Part shown: positions 51,313 through 62,742 of the stretch, one piece after another
Position numbering within the stretch: the stretch's first letter is position 1
Layout: every line of letters starts with the position of its first letter
Source: Vitrella brassicaformis CCMP3155
Taxonomy: Eukaryota; Protista; Chromerida
Length of the DNA stretch: 64,000 nucleotides
Direction: 5' to 3'
NCBI GenBank assembly: GCA_001179505.1
Contig: CDMY01001040.1
Span: 1-64,000, forward strand
The notes under the pieces: generated by a model
Told to the model about the DNA's origin: nothing
Databases searched by the model: none
What the model saw: the letters and a program-made list of their open reading frames with translations, nothing else
Made by a program: the position numbers and the translations under genes

Positions 51313-51344
51313 TCACTGGCAGCAATTCATGACTCAGTCATTGC

Positions 51345-51352
51345 TGCGAGCT
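51345..51352 (-). promoter_or_regulatory. AGCTCGCA candidate promoter motif (duplicate at 50372-50379)
   Basis: About 120 nt upstream of ATG 51472. Confidence 0.55.
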
Positions 51353-51471
51353 CGTGGGGGCGCTGGGGGCGAGGAGACTGCGAAAGAGGTGAGCCACCAG
51401 TCCATCCGACGCCACGACAGTGGATCCCTCCATCTATCCAGTCATCTCCTCCGTGTGTGTGTTTCGTCAGA

Positions 51472-53490
51472 ATGATGGCCGACACCAAGGCAGCTAGGGC
51501 GCTGTTGCCCATCGCGACTCGTGCTGGTGCTGGAGAGGGGGAGGGGGAGGAAGGGAAGGGGGTGGGGGAGGGGGGGAAGGCAGCCACGGCCGCCAACGAC
51601 CGGCGCCCCTCCGTTGCTTCAACGGCAGCCCCCCACGGCCGGTCATCGAGCCTCCTGCTGCAGCAGACGGGGAGCCTGGAGAGCATCCCCGAGGTCTCAT
51701 GGGGAGAGACCTCGGGGGTGGATGCTCATGCCAAGGGCGACCCCCTGTCCGAGCTAGGCGAGCGAGGTCAGGAGGGAAAGAAGGCAGAGAGAGACAGACT
51801 TGCTAAATGGATGGTTCCGTCTTTCTTCGTCGCTACAGGCATCGAGGACAGCTGCCGCCTGTCGATGGAGGACGGCCCCGAGAGCGCGGAGGAGTGGGCT
51901 GAGCGGGGTGAGAGAAACGGACACTTATCTGTACACACGAGGAGAGATACAGAATTGGATGATTGGCACGCACAAAGCCGCCTTCCTTGTTTCTGCCTGT
52001 TCGTTACAGCGCTCACCAGCAGCATCGAGCCCTGGCCCGACGACGACGAGGAGGAAGGTAAGGAGAGTGACACTCACTGACAATGCATGTGCTTATTCAT
52101 CGCTGTATGCATGTGTTGATTGGCTATGTGTGCTCTGTATGCAGCGGGCCGACAGCAGCCGCCCAAGGCCACGCCCAAGCCCCCACCCAGAAGCTCCCCC
52201 ACCCCAGCCAAAGTGCTCCCCTCCCTCCGCCGCACCAAGGACGACAACAACATCACATACAACAACTACCCGGGGGAGCGGAAGTCATGGTGGCAGCGGC
52301 TCCGGCGGGCGCTGCGGGTGGGCTGTGCGTCGTGCGGCGCCCGGAAGCCGCCTCGACCTCGCCTCCCCACCGCCAAGGTGCCGCCGCCACAGGTCCACNN
52401 NNNNNNNNNNNNNNNNNNNNNNNNNNNNNNNNNNNNNNNNNNNNNNNNNNNNNNNNNNNNNNNNNNNNNNNNNNNNNNNNNNNNNNNNNNNNNNNNNNNN
52501 NNNNNNNNNNNNNNNNNNNNNNNNNNNNNNNNNNNNNNNNNNNNNNNNNNNNNNNNNNNNNNNNNNNNNNNNNNNNNNNNNNNNNNNNNNNNNNNNNNNN
52601 NNNNNNNNNNNNNNNNNNNNNNNNNNNNNNNNNNNNNNNNNNNNNNNNNNNNNNNNNNNNNNNNNNNNNNNNNNNNNNNNNNNNNNNNNNNNNNNNNNAC
52701 CTCGGGGGTGGATGCTCATGCCAAGGGCGACCCCCTGTCCGAGCTAGGCGAGCGAGGTCAGGAGGGAAAGAAGGCAGAGAGAGACAGACTTGCTAAATGG
52801 ATGGTTCCGTCTTTCTTCGTCGCTACAGGCATCGAGGACAGCTGCCGCCTGTCGATGGAGGACGGCCCCGAGAGCGCGGAGGAGTGGGCTGAGCGGGGTG
52901 AGAGAAACGGACACTTATCTGTACACACGAGGAGAGATACAGAATTGGATGATTGGCACGCACAAAGCCGCCTTCCTTGTTTCTGCCTGTTCGTTACAGC
53001 GCTCACCAGCAGCATCGAGCCCTGGCTCGACGACGACGAGGAGGAAGGTAAGGAGAGTGACACTCACTGACAATGCATGTGCTTATTCATCGCTGTATGC
53101 ATGTGTTGATTGGCTATGTGTGCTCTGTATGCAGCGGGCCGACAGCAGCCGCCCAAGGCCACGCCCAAGCCCCCACCCAGAAGCTCCCCCACCCCAGCCA
53201 AAGTGCTCCCCTCCCTCCGCCGCACCAAGGACGACAACAACATCACATACAACAACTACCCGGGGGAGCGGAAGTCATGGTGGCAGCGGCTCCGGCGGGC
53301 GCTGCGGGTGGGCTGTGCGTCGTGCGGCGCCCGGAAGCCGCCTCGACCTCGCCTCCCCACCGCCAAGGTGCCGCCGCCACAGGTCCACACGACGGACCGA
53401 TGCCCCCACCTGGGGGGGGGGGGGGATGGGAGCAAGGGAGGGAGGGAGCAAGGGAGGGAGGGAGGGAGGGATGAAGGAATGAAGGGATGA
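51472..53490 (+). CDS. Unknown repeat-protein family, minimal 4-exon copy (3' part duplicated across the gap)
   Basis: Exon 1 51472-51766 (..LLLQQTGSLESIPEVSWGETSGVD..ELGERG), two phase-1 micro-exons, terminal exon ..WWQRLRRALRVGCASCGARK.. running into a GGAG/GAAGGGAT repeat. Confidence 0.6.
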
Positions 53491-53600
53491 AGGGATGAAG
53501 GAATGAAGGGATGAAGGATATGAAGGGATGAAGGGATGAAGGGGGGGGAGGGAGGGAGGGATGAAGGGATGAAGGGAGGGAGGGAGGGAAGGGGGAGGGA
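53440..53600. repeat. Purine-rich (GGGA)n/(GAAGGGAT)n simple repeat
   Basis: Directly visible tandem GGAG and GATGAAGG units. Confidence 0.9.
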
Positions 53601-54253
53601 CAGGGCGGCTTACTGTCCATGTGATGTGTGCCATGAAAATACATAGCGTCTCAGACTTCATCCATGTGGCTTGTGTCGTTGAATGAATGAAGGCCTACCT
53701 ATGTCCGTCACTCACGTCAATCCAAATGTGTCACTAATGAGTCCACCCAGCCCGCTACCACCTCTATCTGTGTGTCCTGGCTGGTGTCTCCCCCTTCTTG
53801 ACGAGCTGCCGGCCGGCCGCTCTTCGCTGGTCGGAGGCGATGGAGCTGAGTGAGCAGCGCAGCTCGGTCACACCGAGGTGCTCCCTGGCTGAGACGGCGT
53901 GGACGAACGGCCAGACCAACTCGGGCGGCAGCTGCTGCAGCGCACACACTGGAGAAGAAGGGTGACGAGGTGTCTCATACTTCATCGATGTGTCTTGGTT
54001 CTGTACCTCCGGGATAAGCGCTTGAATGACACTCTGGCATCCTACGCGCTACAACCAGAGTGTGCCGGAAAAGGACTTCTACAAATGAGACCTGTCCTTC
54101 GATCGATGACTCGTTGGCTCATCCCACACACTCACTCACTCACTCGTGTGTGCCAGCATCCACCCTCTTGTCGTTCATGTGTGTGCGACTGTCCGTCTGT
54201 CTGTCTGTCTGTCTGCATGTTGGTGTATCGCTCATTCATTTCATTCGTCTCTC

Positions 54254-54616
54254 TTATTCGTGTGCCGCCAAACACGCCTGCACGCTGGAAATCATCGACC
54301 TGACCGGACGCACAACAGACAGACATGTCTATGTGTGTCTGTGTATGTCGAGCGTATGTACATGAATCGCTGCATCATTTGTTTGGACTGTTGTGCGATG
54401 GCCTCCTTTCTGTCTGTCTGCCGCTCTGTCTCGCCGTCGACGGCCTCGACAGACACTGACACCGACTCGACCAGACTTTGGAAACTATCACATCACACAG
54501 AATGTGCATTGATGACACGAGTGAGTGATGGCGGTGATGTGTCAAGTGTGAGTGACCCTCGATTGATTACATACCGCTCTTGGAACAGCTTGAGGCCCTC
54601 ATCGAAGTCAGCACGC

Positions 54617-54647
<31 letters not shown>

Positions 54648-54976
54648 GTCACATCACACACATCACACGCACACAGACAGTCAGACAGAGACACGTATAT
54701 TCATGACGTGAGTTTCTCCCCCCTCCCCCTCGATCTGTGTCTGTCTGCCCGTACGTACCAAGCTTCGATGGCGGATGTGACGTCAGACGTGACTGCCATC
54801 TCACCGCCCCCGCCGCTGGCCTCATCCGTCAATGCTATGGTATGCTCTCCCTCGTCATTGGTGGGGTGGTCGTGGTCGTGATGGTCATGCTGCTCGTGGT
54901 TGTTGTGTGAGGCCATGGCGTCATCATCGTCATGGCTGTGCTGCTGCTGCTGCTCGGGGTGGTGCTCTTGAGACAT
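54254..54976 (-). CDS. Small His/acidic-rich coiled-coil protein (4 exons, about 130 aa)
   Basis: MSQEHHPEQQQQHSHDDD..AIEA|WRADFDEGLKLFQE|RFQSLVES..MMQRF|MSMISSVQACLAAHE*. Three phase-2 GT-AG introns join in frame. Confidence 0.65.
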
Positions 54977-55235
54977 GATGGATGGAATCGACGGATGGAT
55001 GACCGGTGGGTGAGTGAGTGGGCGAGTGAATTAATGTGACTGGCCGATCGATTGACTGGCCGATTGACTGGCTGGCTGGCTGGCGTGTGTCTGTCAGAGA
55101 AAGAGCGAGTGTGTCAGCTCAGCGGCCTTAATTTGACTCTGTAGTAATACGTATTACGTGAGCGATCGACCGGCACGCGTGTGTACATAACGTCTGTCTG
55201 TCTGTAAATATCTGTCATGCACTTGTAAGTCAGTG

Positions 55236-58200
55236 TCAAGGCAGCTGGTGAATCCGCAATAGCTCGGCCAGCGAGTCCAGCAGCACAGCATTGAGCCGCT
55301 CCCATCCCAACACATACACCTCACCCACACTCAACCCCTGCAGCCAGACAGACAGCCAGGCAGGCAGACACACACACATAGGATAAATGAGAGCTCTCTC
55401 CGGCTCTTCCACTGTGTCACCCCGTCGTACCTTGACTGTCTTGAATCGGATGGGCTCATGAAATTCGCTCGCCACAAAGATCAGAGGGCGGATGATGCCG
55501 CGGTCGTCACGCTCGACATCGAAGGCAGATCCGCCGAACCAGTCCCCTGCACTCATTCAAATCCGCAACGTGTTTCGATCCATCGAGGAGAGAGGGAACG
55601 CACCTTTTTTGAGAATGATTTTGTCTCCTGGTTGGTGGGGGCCAGATTCGGTTGGATCGTCGGATGCAGCGACCTCTGATGGAGGTCATAAAAGAGCAGA
55701 TGGGACTATTTGAATCCGTGTCTCTCATTTGTGCCTACCTGCCTCACACTCGCCCTGGACGTGCATGTGCAGCCACAGTACAGAGGCACACATGCATGGA
55801 CGGGATCTGCGGTGTCTCTTCCTTCCCTGTCTTTCTAACCTCATAGACGATGAACAGGTCTGCTCCGCTGGAGACCCCCTGCCTCACAGCGGACTCACTT
55901 ACATCCACATCCAGGAGGCTGATGACCCCCCCCCCCACACACACAGACATATGCAGGACAGACACAGCACATGCAGTGCGTGTCGTGTCATTCCTACATC
56001 TGGCCCTTCTCGAATGAAGAGGAGACGGCACTTCTCAGGAAATTGACTCGCTCAAAGGGCGAGAGCCTCCGCCGGTCGCAGAGGGGATGGTTGTCGATAA
56101 AGATGGGGTCGAGTTCCAGCGACGTGAGGGCCGGGCCGATGAACAGGCGCTTCGCGCTTATAGCATCCATCTGCCACACCACTGCGGCCTCTGACACACA
56201 CTGAGGGGTTCTCTCAGACATACGAACCATGCCCTCGTTCACTCTCGTTGATGTCAGGTAGTGGACATTTGCTTACCTTAACAAAGCATGTCCTTGGGAT
56301 GCCATAGAGACACGCGAGCTCGCCAAACGTGTCCCCTGATGGCGGCAATGCCATGCAGAGCCCATACATTCTCGTGTATTCGGCGTAGGTACCAGGAGAC
56401 AGAGTGGTGAGCGCCAAGAGCAGCTCATGTGTCTCTGGCTGCTCGCCCGCGACGGTGGTGCTCTCCTTGCCTCCGTCGCTCGCCACACGGGCAATGGTGT
56501 AGCACTCGAGGCTACCCTGCTCGAGCAGATAGACGTCGGTCGTCTCCTCACCTGCGGCAAAAGAATCATGGCCAGCTTGAGATAAGAAGCGGATGGCAAG
56601 CCATCCCACCCTCTCTGATGAGGATCTGCCCTTGTGTTAGGTCCACACGACTCATTGCCTGAAGTGGCATTCATGCGGAAGTGAGTGACAGCAGAAGCAG
56701 ATCAGTGCAGCACGGGCTTACACGAATAAGATCGGCTTGCTCGTCCTCATTCAAACTTGAAAAGAAAATGTCCTTCGAAAAGGCCTGAGGTCGGCCAAAA
56801 AAGCAGATGATGAAGTCCCAAGAATGTCTGCGTAACGTCCGCACCGCTCTGACGGCTTCGACCTCCTCATCCGACTTGCCCACGTCTGGACCTTGCTGCA
56901 GACAGCACCGGACAATACTGACACTGTGCGTGCCAACGACGACGGTCCCTCGTAATCCCTCCTACCCATTCCTCGGCCGCTGCGTCCGCAGCAATCTTGA
57001 CAAGATCCTCCAAAAAGGCATCAGGTGCAGGACGCATGCCTACACACACCAGCAGATGCCGGGCGAGTTGATGTGTGCCTGGTAGTCGTGTCTCCTTAAG
57101 CACCAATGCTCCTCGGCGTGATGATTGTCGGCCCCTCTGTCGGCCCTACATGGCTGAGGTCTAGCGGCATCGACGGCTGGCCGTGCAATGATGTGATGGG
57201 GGATGGTGTGGCATCTGCAGCGGCAGCAGGGGGCTGGGCGGAGGAAAAGGTGACAGAGGCCCGCTTCTGAGGCTCCTCTTCCTTCCCTGGCTCATCCTCC
57301 TCAGCAGTCACGTCCCTGACAACATAGAGGGTGTTGCTAGGAATGACAGACTGAGGTGGGGGATGGGTTGGCTTACGTTCCGTATTTCAGGTAATGTCCG
57401 AGCCACAGAATGGGGTCGAAGAGTGGGGGGGTCGGGCGCTCATGCACAATAGGGGCAAGCTCAGCAAACGACGCGGCCAGCTTCTGCAGAAACGAAAACA
57501 CGATCGATATACTGACCCACCATTCACATAGTGTATGAAGCACCTGTTTGGGTCCCTTGTGTGTCACGGACGATGGCGTCTCAACGTGAGATCCAATGGA
57601 AGTGACGCTGCCGCGCTGCGAAACTACGTGAGTGATCCTTCGGCTGGCGACGGATGCGATGCTGTCGGATGACCCGCCTCTCTCCCTCTCGGTGTCCAGC
57701 GCACCCTGACCATCTGACGCCTGTGAACCCGACTCACTGTGCAAGACGCAAATGCACATTACATTGCCATTATCGATCCGTGTCTCGTCTGACCCACGCT
57801 TACTCCTGGTGCCCCTCTTCAGCGAGTTTGTCGTGTTCGTCTTCGATGACCGTGTCGTCTTCAGCCCTCTCCTCCCCTTCGCCCTCCACATCGGGGACTT
57901 CCTCCTCTTCCTCAGCCTCCTTCTGCGACTGACCCGCCTGGCCGACATGCGATGATGGGGCACGCTTTTTACGCAGCTGGTTGAACAAACAAAGCACAAA
58001 GAAAGACCTCTTCGATAAATGACCACCTGGTGTGTCTGTGCGCCTACTGTGGTCATCGTGAGAGCAATCGCTCCATCTTTGTCGGCTTTGTGCAGCAGCT
58101 GCTCGATGGCCTGACGTCATGGACACCACAGAGAGAGTGAAGGGTGGAATCTCCCTCCTGCCATTAAAGTCGCCACATACCTCTCCGAGTTTGGCCATCA

Positions 58201-58546
58201 GTGTGTCCTTCAAGTAATCTCTTGCTGCAGACAGGGCAGACAGGCAGACAGACATACAGACAGACATACAGACAGGCACAGACGCCGTGCGTCGACCCGA
58301 CTCCATGCGTCTCTCTGAGTTCTCACTCACTCACTCATGACGTGGTCTCTCACCCGAAGGTGCTGTTGGTCCGACAGAGAGTGGCGGCCGATAGTCCACG
58401 AGCCCACCCGTATAGCATCGAAGGAGGGGCGGGAGGGCAGATTGAACAGTGGCGCCGGTGCAGTCGATCACGCAGATGGCCGGCTCCGGAGACGGGGAGG
58501 GCGGGGGAATGGGCGTGGCGGGGAGGACAGAAACGTCGGCCTGCAT
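55236..58546 (-). CDS. Dpy-30-like dimerisation motif + two cyclic-nucleotide-binding domains (PKA-R-like architecture)
   Basis: DYLKDTLMAKLGEAIEQLL and FDPILWLGHYLK; GKSDEEVEAVRAAFSKDIFFSSLNEDEQADLIR; VYLLEQGSLEC; FGELACLYGIPRTCFVK; second CNB degenerate (AGDWFGGSAF). Confidence 0.75.
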
Positions 58547-58629
58547 CTTGTCTTGCACTGAGAGCAGCAAGAACAAGCCTGATTCGTACAGTTTCAATGT
58601 TCAACGTGCCAGCCGTTGGTAAGCCGTTT

Positions 58630-58637
58630 AGCTCGCA
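58630..58637 (+). promoter_or_regulatory. AGCTCGCA candidate promoter motif
   Basis: Between the CNB gene (-) and MICU1 (+). Confidence 0.65.
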
Positions 58638-58673
58638 TCGCAGATCTCTTTTCCCCTTTTCTCCCCTGCATCA

Positions 58674-60544
58674 ATGGCTTCGCAGTTGCGGCTCGCTGCT
58701 GCGATTTCGTTTCCCACTCTCTCTGCTGCCTTCGATGCCCTCAACCACAGACGTCGCAAAGGCATCCTTCAGACATCGACGGACCGCACTCACCAGAGGG
58801 ACACACACCCTCGCCGATGGGCGTTTCTCTCATGTTCTGTGGCATATGCAAGCTCTGGAGGCACAGAGAGTGCCGTGGCGAAATCGGCTGGCGGCGAGGC
58901 AGCCAAAAAGGGCGAGGAGCTTCGGGCGAAGTTGGAGAGCGCTTTGCAAGCTCTGGGCCCCCGGAGGATCACGGGCAACTACGAGAACAGGCTGAAGAGC
59001 TGTGCTGCACCTGAAAAGGTATTGTACCTGGATGACGCTGCACGCGGCACAGTGCATGTGCCTGTGTGTGCAACATGCAGGTGTTTGAGTACTTCGCAAG
59101 CATCGCCGACAAGAGAACCAAGGACAGGTTCATGAACAAAGACGACTTCGTCAACGCTATCATTCCCTACAATTTCTTTAAGCCCTCCGAGACGTCGGCA
59201 TCTCTAGAGGCGGTGCCCGGGGCGGGGGGGATGTCGGTGTTCGACGTTGCTGACAGCAACAAGGACGGGCGGATATCCTTCGCTGAATTCCTCTTCTTCA
59301 CCACACTTCTCTCCACCCCGGCAAACGACTTTGAACTCGCCTTTCGGTAGGTCTCTGATGTGTGGGCACTATCTTCTTGTGGTCGTTTGTGTGTCCTGCG
59401 TATGTCTCGTCGCAGTTTGTTCGGCAAGACAGCCAATGAAGGGTCCTCGGCCTCCACTGCTAAGCGCAGGGAGGCATCCGTGACATACGATGAGTTTGTG
59501 AAGCTCATGACCACCATGATCAAGTCAGAGAGACACGCATGCCTCAGGGACGACAGAGGTGTCATTCGTCTCTGCTCCGGTACGCAGGCGTTCCCCGCGT
59601 GGCGGTCGGTACCGGTCCGCGGCCCTTGGCAGTTCCGGCATGAAGCTTCCAGATGGCAGAGGTGTCTCATTCAACGACTCGCCGGAGGCCGTGTGCAAGG
59701 AGTGCCTCAGTGGCACCCTCGGCGACCACTTGTTTGGCAAAACGAGGGACAGACCGCTGCCGTGGCACAAGTTCGATGAGTTGCTGTTCCTCCTTCACGA
59801 AGAGGTGCTGTTTATCGAGTTCAATAGGTGCGGAGACGTGCAGGGAAGAAGCAAGGACGCGTCGCTATCAGGTGGGGATGGATGCCGGCAGGCAACACAC
59901 AGCGCCAGGGTGCATGCATTGATGTGTCTCCTGCCTGCAGCATCTGAGTTTGCCCGGCTGTTTGTGGGGTTCGTGCTGCCGGCACAGATGGAGAACCTCG
60001 CGGAGCGCATCCGCACGCTGACCTTCAGGAACGAGCGGGTCACCTTTGCCGACTACCTGGCGTTTGACAAGTGCGTCAGGAAGATCGATGACTTCAAGAC
60101 GGCTGTGCGACTGACGGAGGGCGACAGGGGGCTGACAAGAGAGTGTCTCGCCAGTGTGTTGAACATCCTGTCGCGCGACGTTGAGTCAGACCGAGACTTC
60201 GGTCCGTTGGTGGATGTGGTGTTCCGCGTGTTTGATGTCGACGGCAGTGGCTCGCTGGAGTTTCATGAGTTCTTCACCCTCCTTAAACACAGGTACGCTG
60301 TCATGTGCCTCCCCCATCAGCAGGGATGCGCTCAGACCCGTCCCCACGTGTGTCTCTGTGTGTCTGCCAGACAATCGTACTTCAATTTTCCAGAGTATGG
60401 CTTCGGGAGTAAGATTGAGCAGGTATGCAAGGTGCCCTCATGATGTTGGTCGTGATGCCCTCCCTGCCCTCATGTCTGTATCCATTCGTTCAGCTGGCGG
60501 GGTGCGTGAAGACGATGTACCATATCGTTGCCGCGAAAGGGTAG
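58674..60544 (+). CDS. MICU1: MICU1-family mitochondrial calcium uptake EF-hand protein
   Basis: GNYENRLKSCAAPEKVFEYFAS..FMNKDDFVNAI; EF-hand DSNKDGRISFAE; FELAFRLF; LHEEVLFIEF; EF-hand DVDGSGSLEFHE. Confidence 0.88.
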
Positions 60545-61208
60545 CTTGCTTGCTCATGGTTTTACGATCGCATGAACATTTGACTGGCGCAGCAGCCAGC
60601 GAAAAACGAGCCAGTCCAACGAGTCTCCTCCCTCCAAAACCATATAGTCTGTCTCTCCACACCAACATCCCATCCCATCCAGACATGCAAGAGACCGACG
60701 AACAAGAGCTAGGCACCCTGTCGCTGGTTGTGGGGGCGGGTGGAATCCACATCAATTCGACAGCACCCACCACCCATGCATGTACCATCTCTCCCTCCCA
60801 CCATGAAACCTGATTGCCCTGCCCGTACTAGGAGCCTGCCTGTTGTACAACTGTTACAGCCAGCCATGACACCCCCCAACCATTGACAACAAATCACATT
60901 TGTTCGCAACAAATGGCTCTCTAGTTAATTAACTGATTGATGCTGCCCGCCCCAATGACCCCCCGAAGAAACGACACTGACAAGGCACATGTGAGGACAG
61001 ATGATTGACATGTACTGACCGCCAACGCCGCCCCCACAGACAACAAGACTCACGCAGAGGGCAGGGGACACATCAGGCACACGGACGCACGCACACGATT
61101 CAGAGGAGTGGTCACAACCTACGATATTGACAGGCCAAGCGGTGGAGAGCACAGTCGTCTGCGTGCGTGTGTGTGTGTGCATGTGTGTGTGTGTATCCGT
61201 GTTGGCTG

Positions 61209-62664
61209 CTACGATGATCCAAGAGATCCAGAAACCAGGATGGACCGCCGGTCTCGTGGTCGCCTTTGGTTCCTGTCGCCCCGCGACCCCCGCCACCCAC
61301 CAGCTGACACCGCACACAAGAGTAGGTAGGTTGCCGGCCGGGTCAGTGCGCTCGCTTGTTGTTGTGCGTATGTGTTCACATACCGAAGAGCGCTTCGAAT
61401 CTGCCAGCACCCAAGTCATTGAAACCCCAAGACCAGATATCGCCACTGCGTCAACAAACAGACCACACAGACACAGAGAATGCCCTCCGCCCCTTTCCAT
61501 TCACAGTCTGTCGGGTAGGGTATCATGAATGATTCATTGCTCACCCATTGAAGTAGATGTTGCTGTTCCGTTCAGGCCTGCCAAAGATGGAAGGCACAAC
61601 CAATTTCCGCCGTCTCCTATCGCCACCATTCGTCACACCCATCGCCTCAATCACAACAGCAGCGGCAGTCGCATTATTGCCGTCTCTGCTCGGGGATGGG
61701 GCCTCCATCTCACAACTGGGTGGTGTGCATCTCACGAGCAGAGGGCTGTCGTCGGCGTATTCTGGCCCCTTCACGAAGGCGACGGGCAGGCCGCCAGTGG
61801 CGTTCGTGTCCGCGATGAAGAACTGTGCACCGACTGGCATGATCTCCATCCGCTGGCCGGTGAGGAACTTGATTTCGACAAGTGGGATGGCGGCGTTCCG
61901 GGTGACCTCCGAGATGCGCAGGAAAGTGTCGACCGACATGCCCACCCCGATCTTGTAACTGAAGGCCAGACTCTCTAGTTTGTAGAGGTCCGCTGCACAC
62001 AGACATTCACCGAGAGAGGGAGGCATACCGCGTGTGTCGTTCCTTCCCCCCGGCTGCCGAGATGAGATACCCACCCAGATCGATGGTGAGGAGGTCGAAG
62101 ATGTCGATGCTCTCCATGGCTGCCCTGGTCGAGATGACCGTCTTGCCGTCACTCTTCTTGACCATCCGGCCAAACCGGTCCACCGTGACGTCTTCCATCA
62201 GCTCGCTGGACACGTATGCGATGGCGAACAAGATGAGCAGTGTGAGCAGCCACCCCACGGCCGCGGCGGCGACGAGGCAGGCAAGGCTTCTGGTCACGCG
62301 TTGCTGCCGCTCGACAAAGATGGCTGCCTGGGCCACGTCATCAAGGGTGAACCGACCGTCTCCATCCACCTCCCATTCCCGCAGTATCTCCATCAGCGTG
62401 TGGCTGCAGGTCGCAGCGGGACAGCCAAACACCTCGCCAACCACCCTCTGGCAGCACACAGAACACACACATCAGCCACCATCCATTCGTGTGATCTCCT
62501 TCCTTCGTGTGCCTTACTTCGAAGGTTGACGAGCGAGCCCTCGTCGCCACTGCTCTGTTCCTCCTCGGGACGCGCCTGGCGGGGGAGTGATCTGCGGAGG
62601 CTGGCTCGTCTTTTGGCGGATCTGAGAAGTGAGCGCTGGCCAGCGGGGAGGTAGCTGACAGCAT
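61209..62664 (-). CDS. Uncharacterised protein: EF-hand-like loop + single TM + lumenal beta-rich domain + polybasic RRRRKL
   Basis: Five exons join in frame; EWEVDGDGRFTLDDV, TM LACLVAAAAVGWLLTLLILFAIAYVS, EDVTVDRFGRMV. Promoter motif at 62732. Confidence 0.7.
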
Positions 62665-62731
62665 GGTGTGGGGAGCAGTCGCGAGGGAAAGAAAGAAGAG
62701 GGAGAGAGGAGAAGAGGAAAGCGATTGAAAG

Positions 62732-62742
62732 TGCGAGCTCGC
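62732..62742. promoter_or_regulatory. TGCGAGCTCGC motif with palindromic core
   Basis: About 70 nt upstream of ATG 62664. Confidence 0.6.

Larger units (their letters stand above)
45814..53490. repeat. Tandem segmental-duplication locus with nested repeats
   Basis: 46808-47982 recurs at +1475; about 51710-52398 recurs at +990; about 49750-50479 recurs at about 50780-51450. Four 300-N gaps. Confidence 0.9.
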
